A DNA stretch of 50,274 bases from an uncultured Opitutales bacterium (GTDB lineage Bacteria; Verrucomicrobiota; Verrucomicrobiia; Opitutales; Oceanipulchritudinaceae): NCBI GenBank assembly GCA_913056355.1, contig CAJXMX010000001.1, positions 1-50,274 on the forward strand, read 5' to 3'. How positions within the stretch are numbered: position 1 is the first letter of the stretch; every line of letters starts with the position of its first letter. The notes under the pieces were generated by a model. That model worked only from the letters and a program-made list of their open reading frames with translations. It made no database searches and was not told the origin of the DNA. Positions 48,795-50,274 of this stretch are shown one piece after another. The position numbers were made by a program, and so were the translations under genes.

Positions 48795-48798
<4 letters not shown>
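48025..48798 (-). CDS. yehW: Osmoprotectant ABC transporter permease
   Basis: GQTFPP.AVLAL and the EAA-like AAEGMGFT...L..VELPLA; the GTG start overlaps the ATPase stop. Confidence 0.85.
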
Positions 48799-49723
<925 letters not shown>

Positions 49724-49727
<4 letters not shown>

Positions 49728-50274
49728 GCCGCTGTGGCCCGGGTGGTGGCGATGGTGAGCAGGCGGAGAAGGATGTCGGCGGCGAGTGCCAGCAGAATGG
49801 CGGAGAGCGCGCCGAGGAGCACGAGATCGGTCGCGGTCTGGCCGAGGCCAATGAAGACGAAGCTGCCGAAGCCGCCGGCGCCGATGAGCGCGGCGACGAC
49901 CGTCAGGCCGATGAGTTGCACGGTGACGATGCGGAGGCCGGCGAGCAGCACCGGCAGCGCCAGCGGCAGCGACACCCAGATCGTGATCTGGAACGGTGTC
50001 ATGCCCATGCCGCGCGCCGTATCGATGGCCGAGGGCGGGACGCTCTTGAGTCCTGCCTCGGTGTTCCGCGCCACCGGCAGCAGGCCGTACATGGTGAGGG
50101 CGATCAGTGCCGGAGTGAAGCCGATGCCACGCACGCCGATGTCGCGCAGGAAGGGCAGGGCGTCGGAGAGCGCGGTAAGCGGCCCGATGAGCAGGCCGAA
50201 GAGGGCGATGGACGGGATCGTCTGGATGAGGCTCAGCACCGAGAAGATGCGGCCCGATGCTGCCGGCCGGGTGG
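49724..50274 (-). CDS. yehY: Osmoprotectant ABC transporter permease (5' end outside the window)
   Basis: QTIPSIALFGLL, ARGMGMT and AALIGAGG.G. Confidence 0.85.

Overview
The window has two halves of apparently different taxonomic origin, joined in-frame inside the urease alpha-subunit gene (ureC) at about 34.3 kb. The left part (1 to ~34,300) looks like Verrucomicrobia/Opitutales DNA, judged from the 16S 5' end and gene content. It carries the 5' end of a 16S rRNA gene and its promoter, a tyrA-aroA-cmk-Tsr3-like operon, a DsbD/peroxiredoxin/thioredoxin redox cluster, a PiT-like transporter and hflX. It also carries a sigma-54 two-component module (regulator, exported helical protein, beta-barrel, kinase, PQQ-type propeller) with visible enhancer palindromes, a PTS-EIIA/diadenylate-cyclase fusion, uvrC, cinA, a sigma-54-type porin, MscS and ureC(3')EFGD. 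The right part (~34,300 to 50,274) looks like Alphaproteobacteria (Hyphomicrobiales/Rhizobiales-like): ureD-A-J-B with inserted small genes, a DD-carboxypeptidase, CobW, ElyC-like, tusA, flippase, GNAT, acyl-CoA synthetase, CAP lipoprotein, ICMT and a Yeh/Osm ABC transporter. The junction is most likely an assembly chimera, although real recombination cannot be excluded. The best candidates for undescribed biology are the sigma-54 envelope module, the EIIA-DAC fusion and the bacterial Tsr3 homolog next to the rRNA operon. No CRISPR array, tRNA or transposase was recognised. All family calls come from motif recognition by eye, not from database searches.
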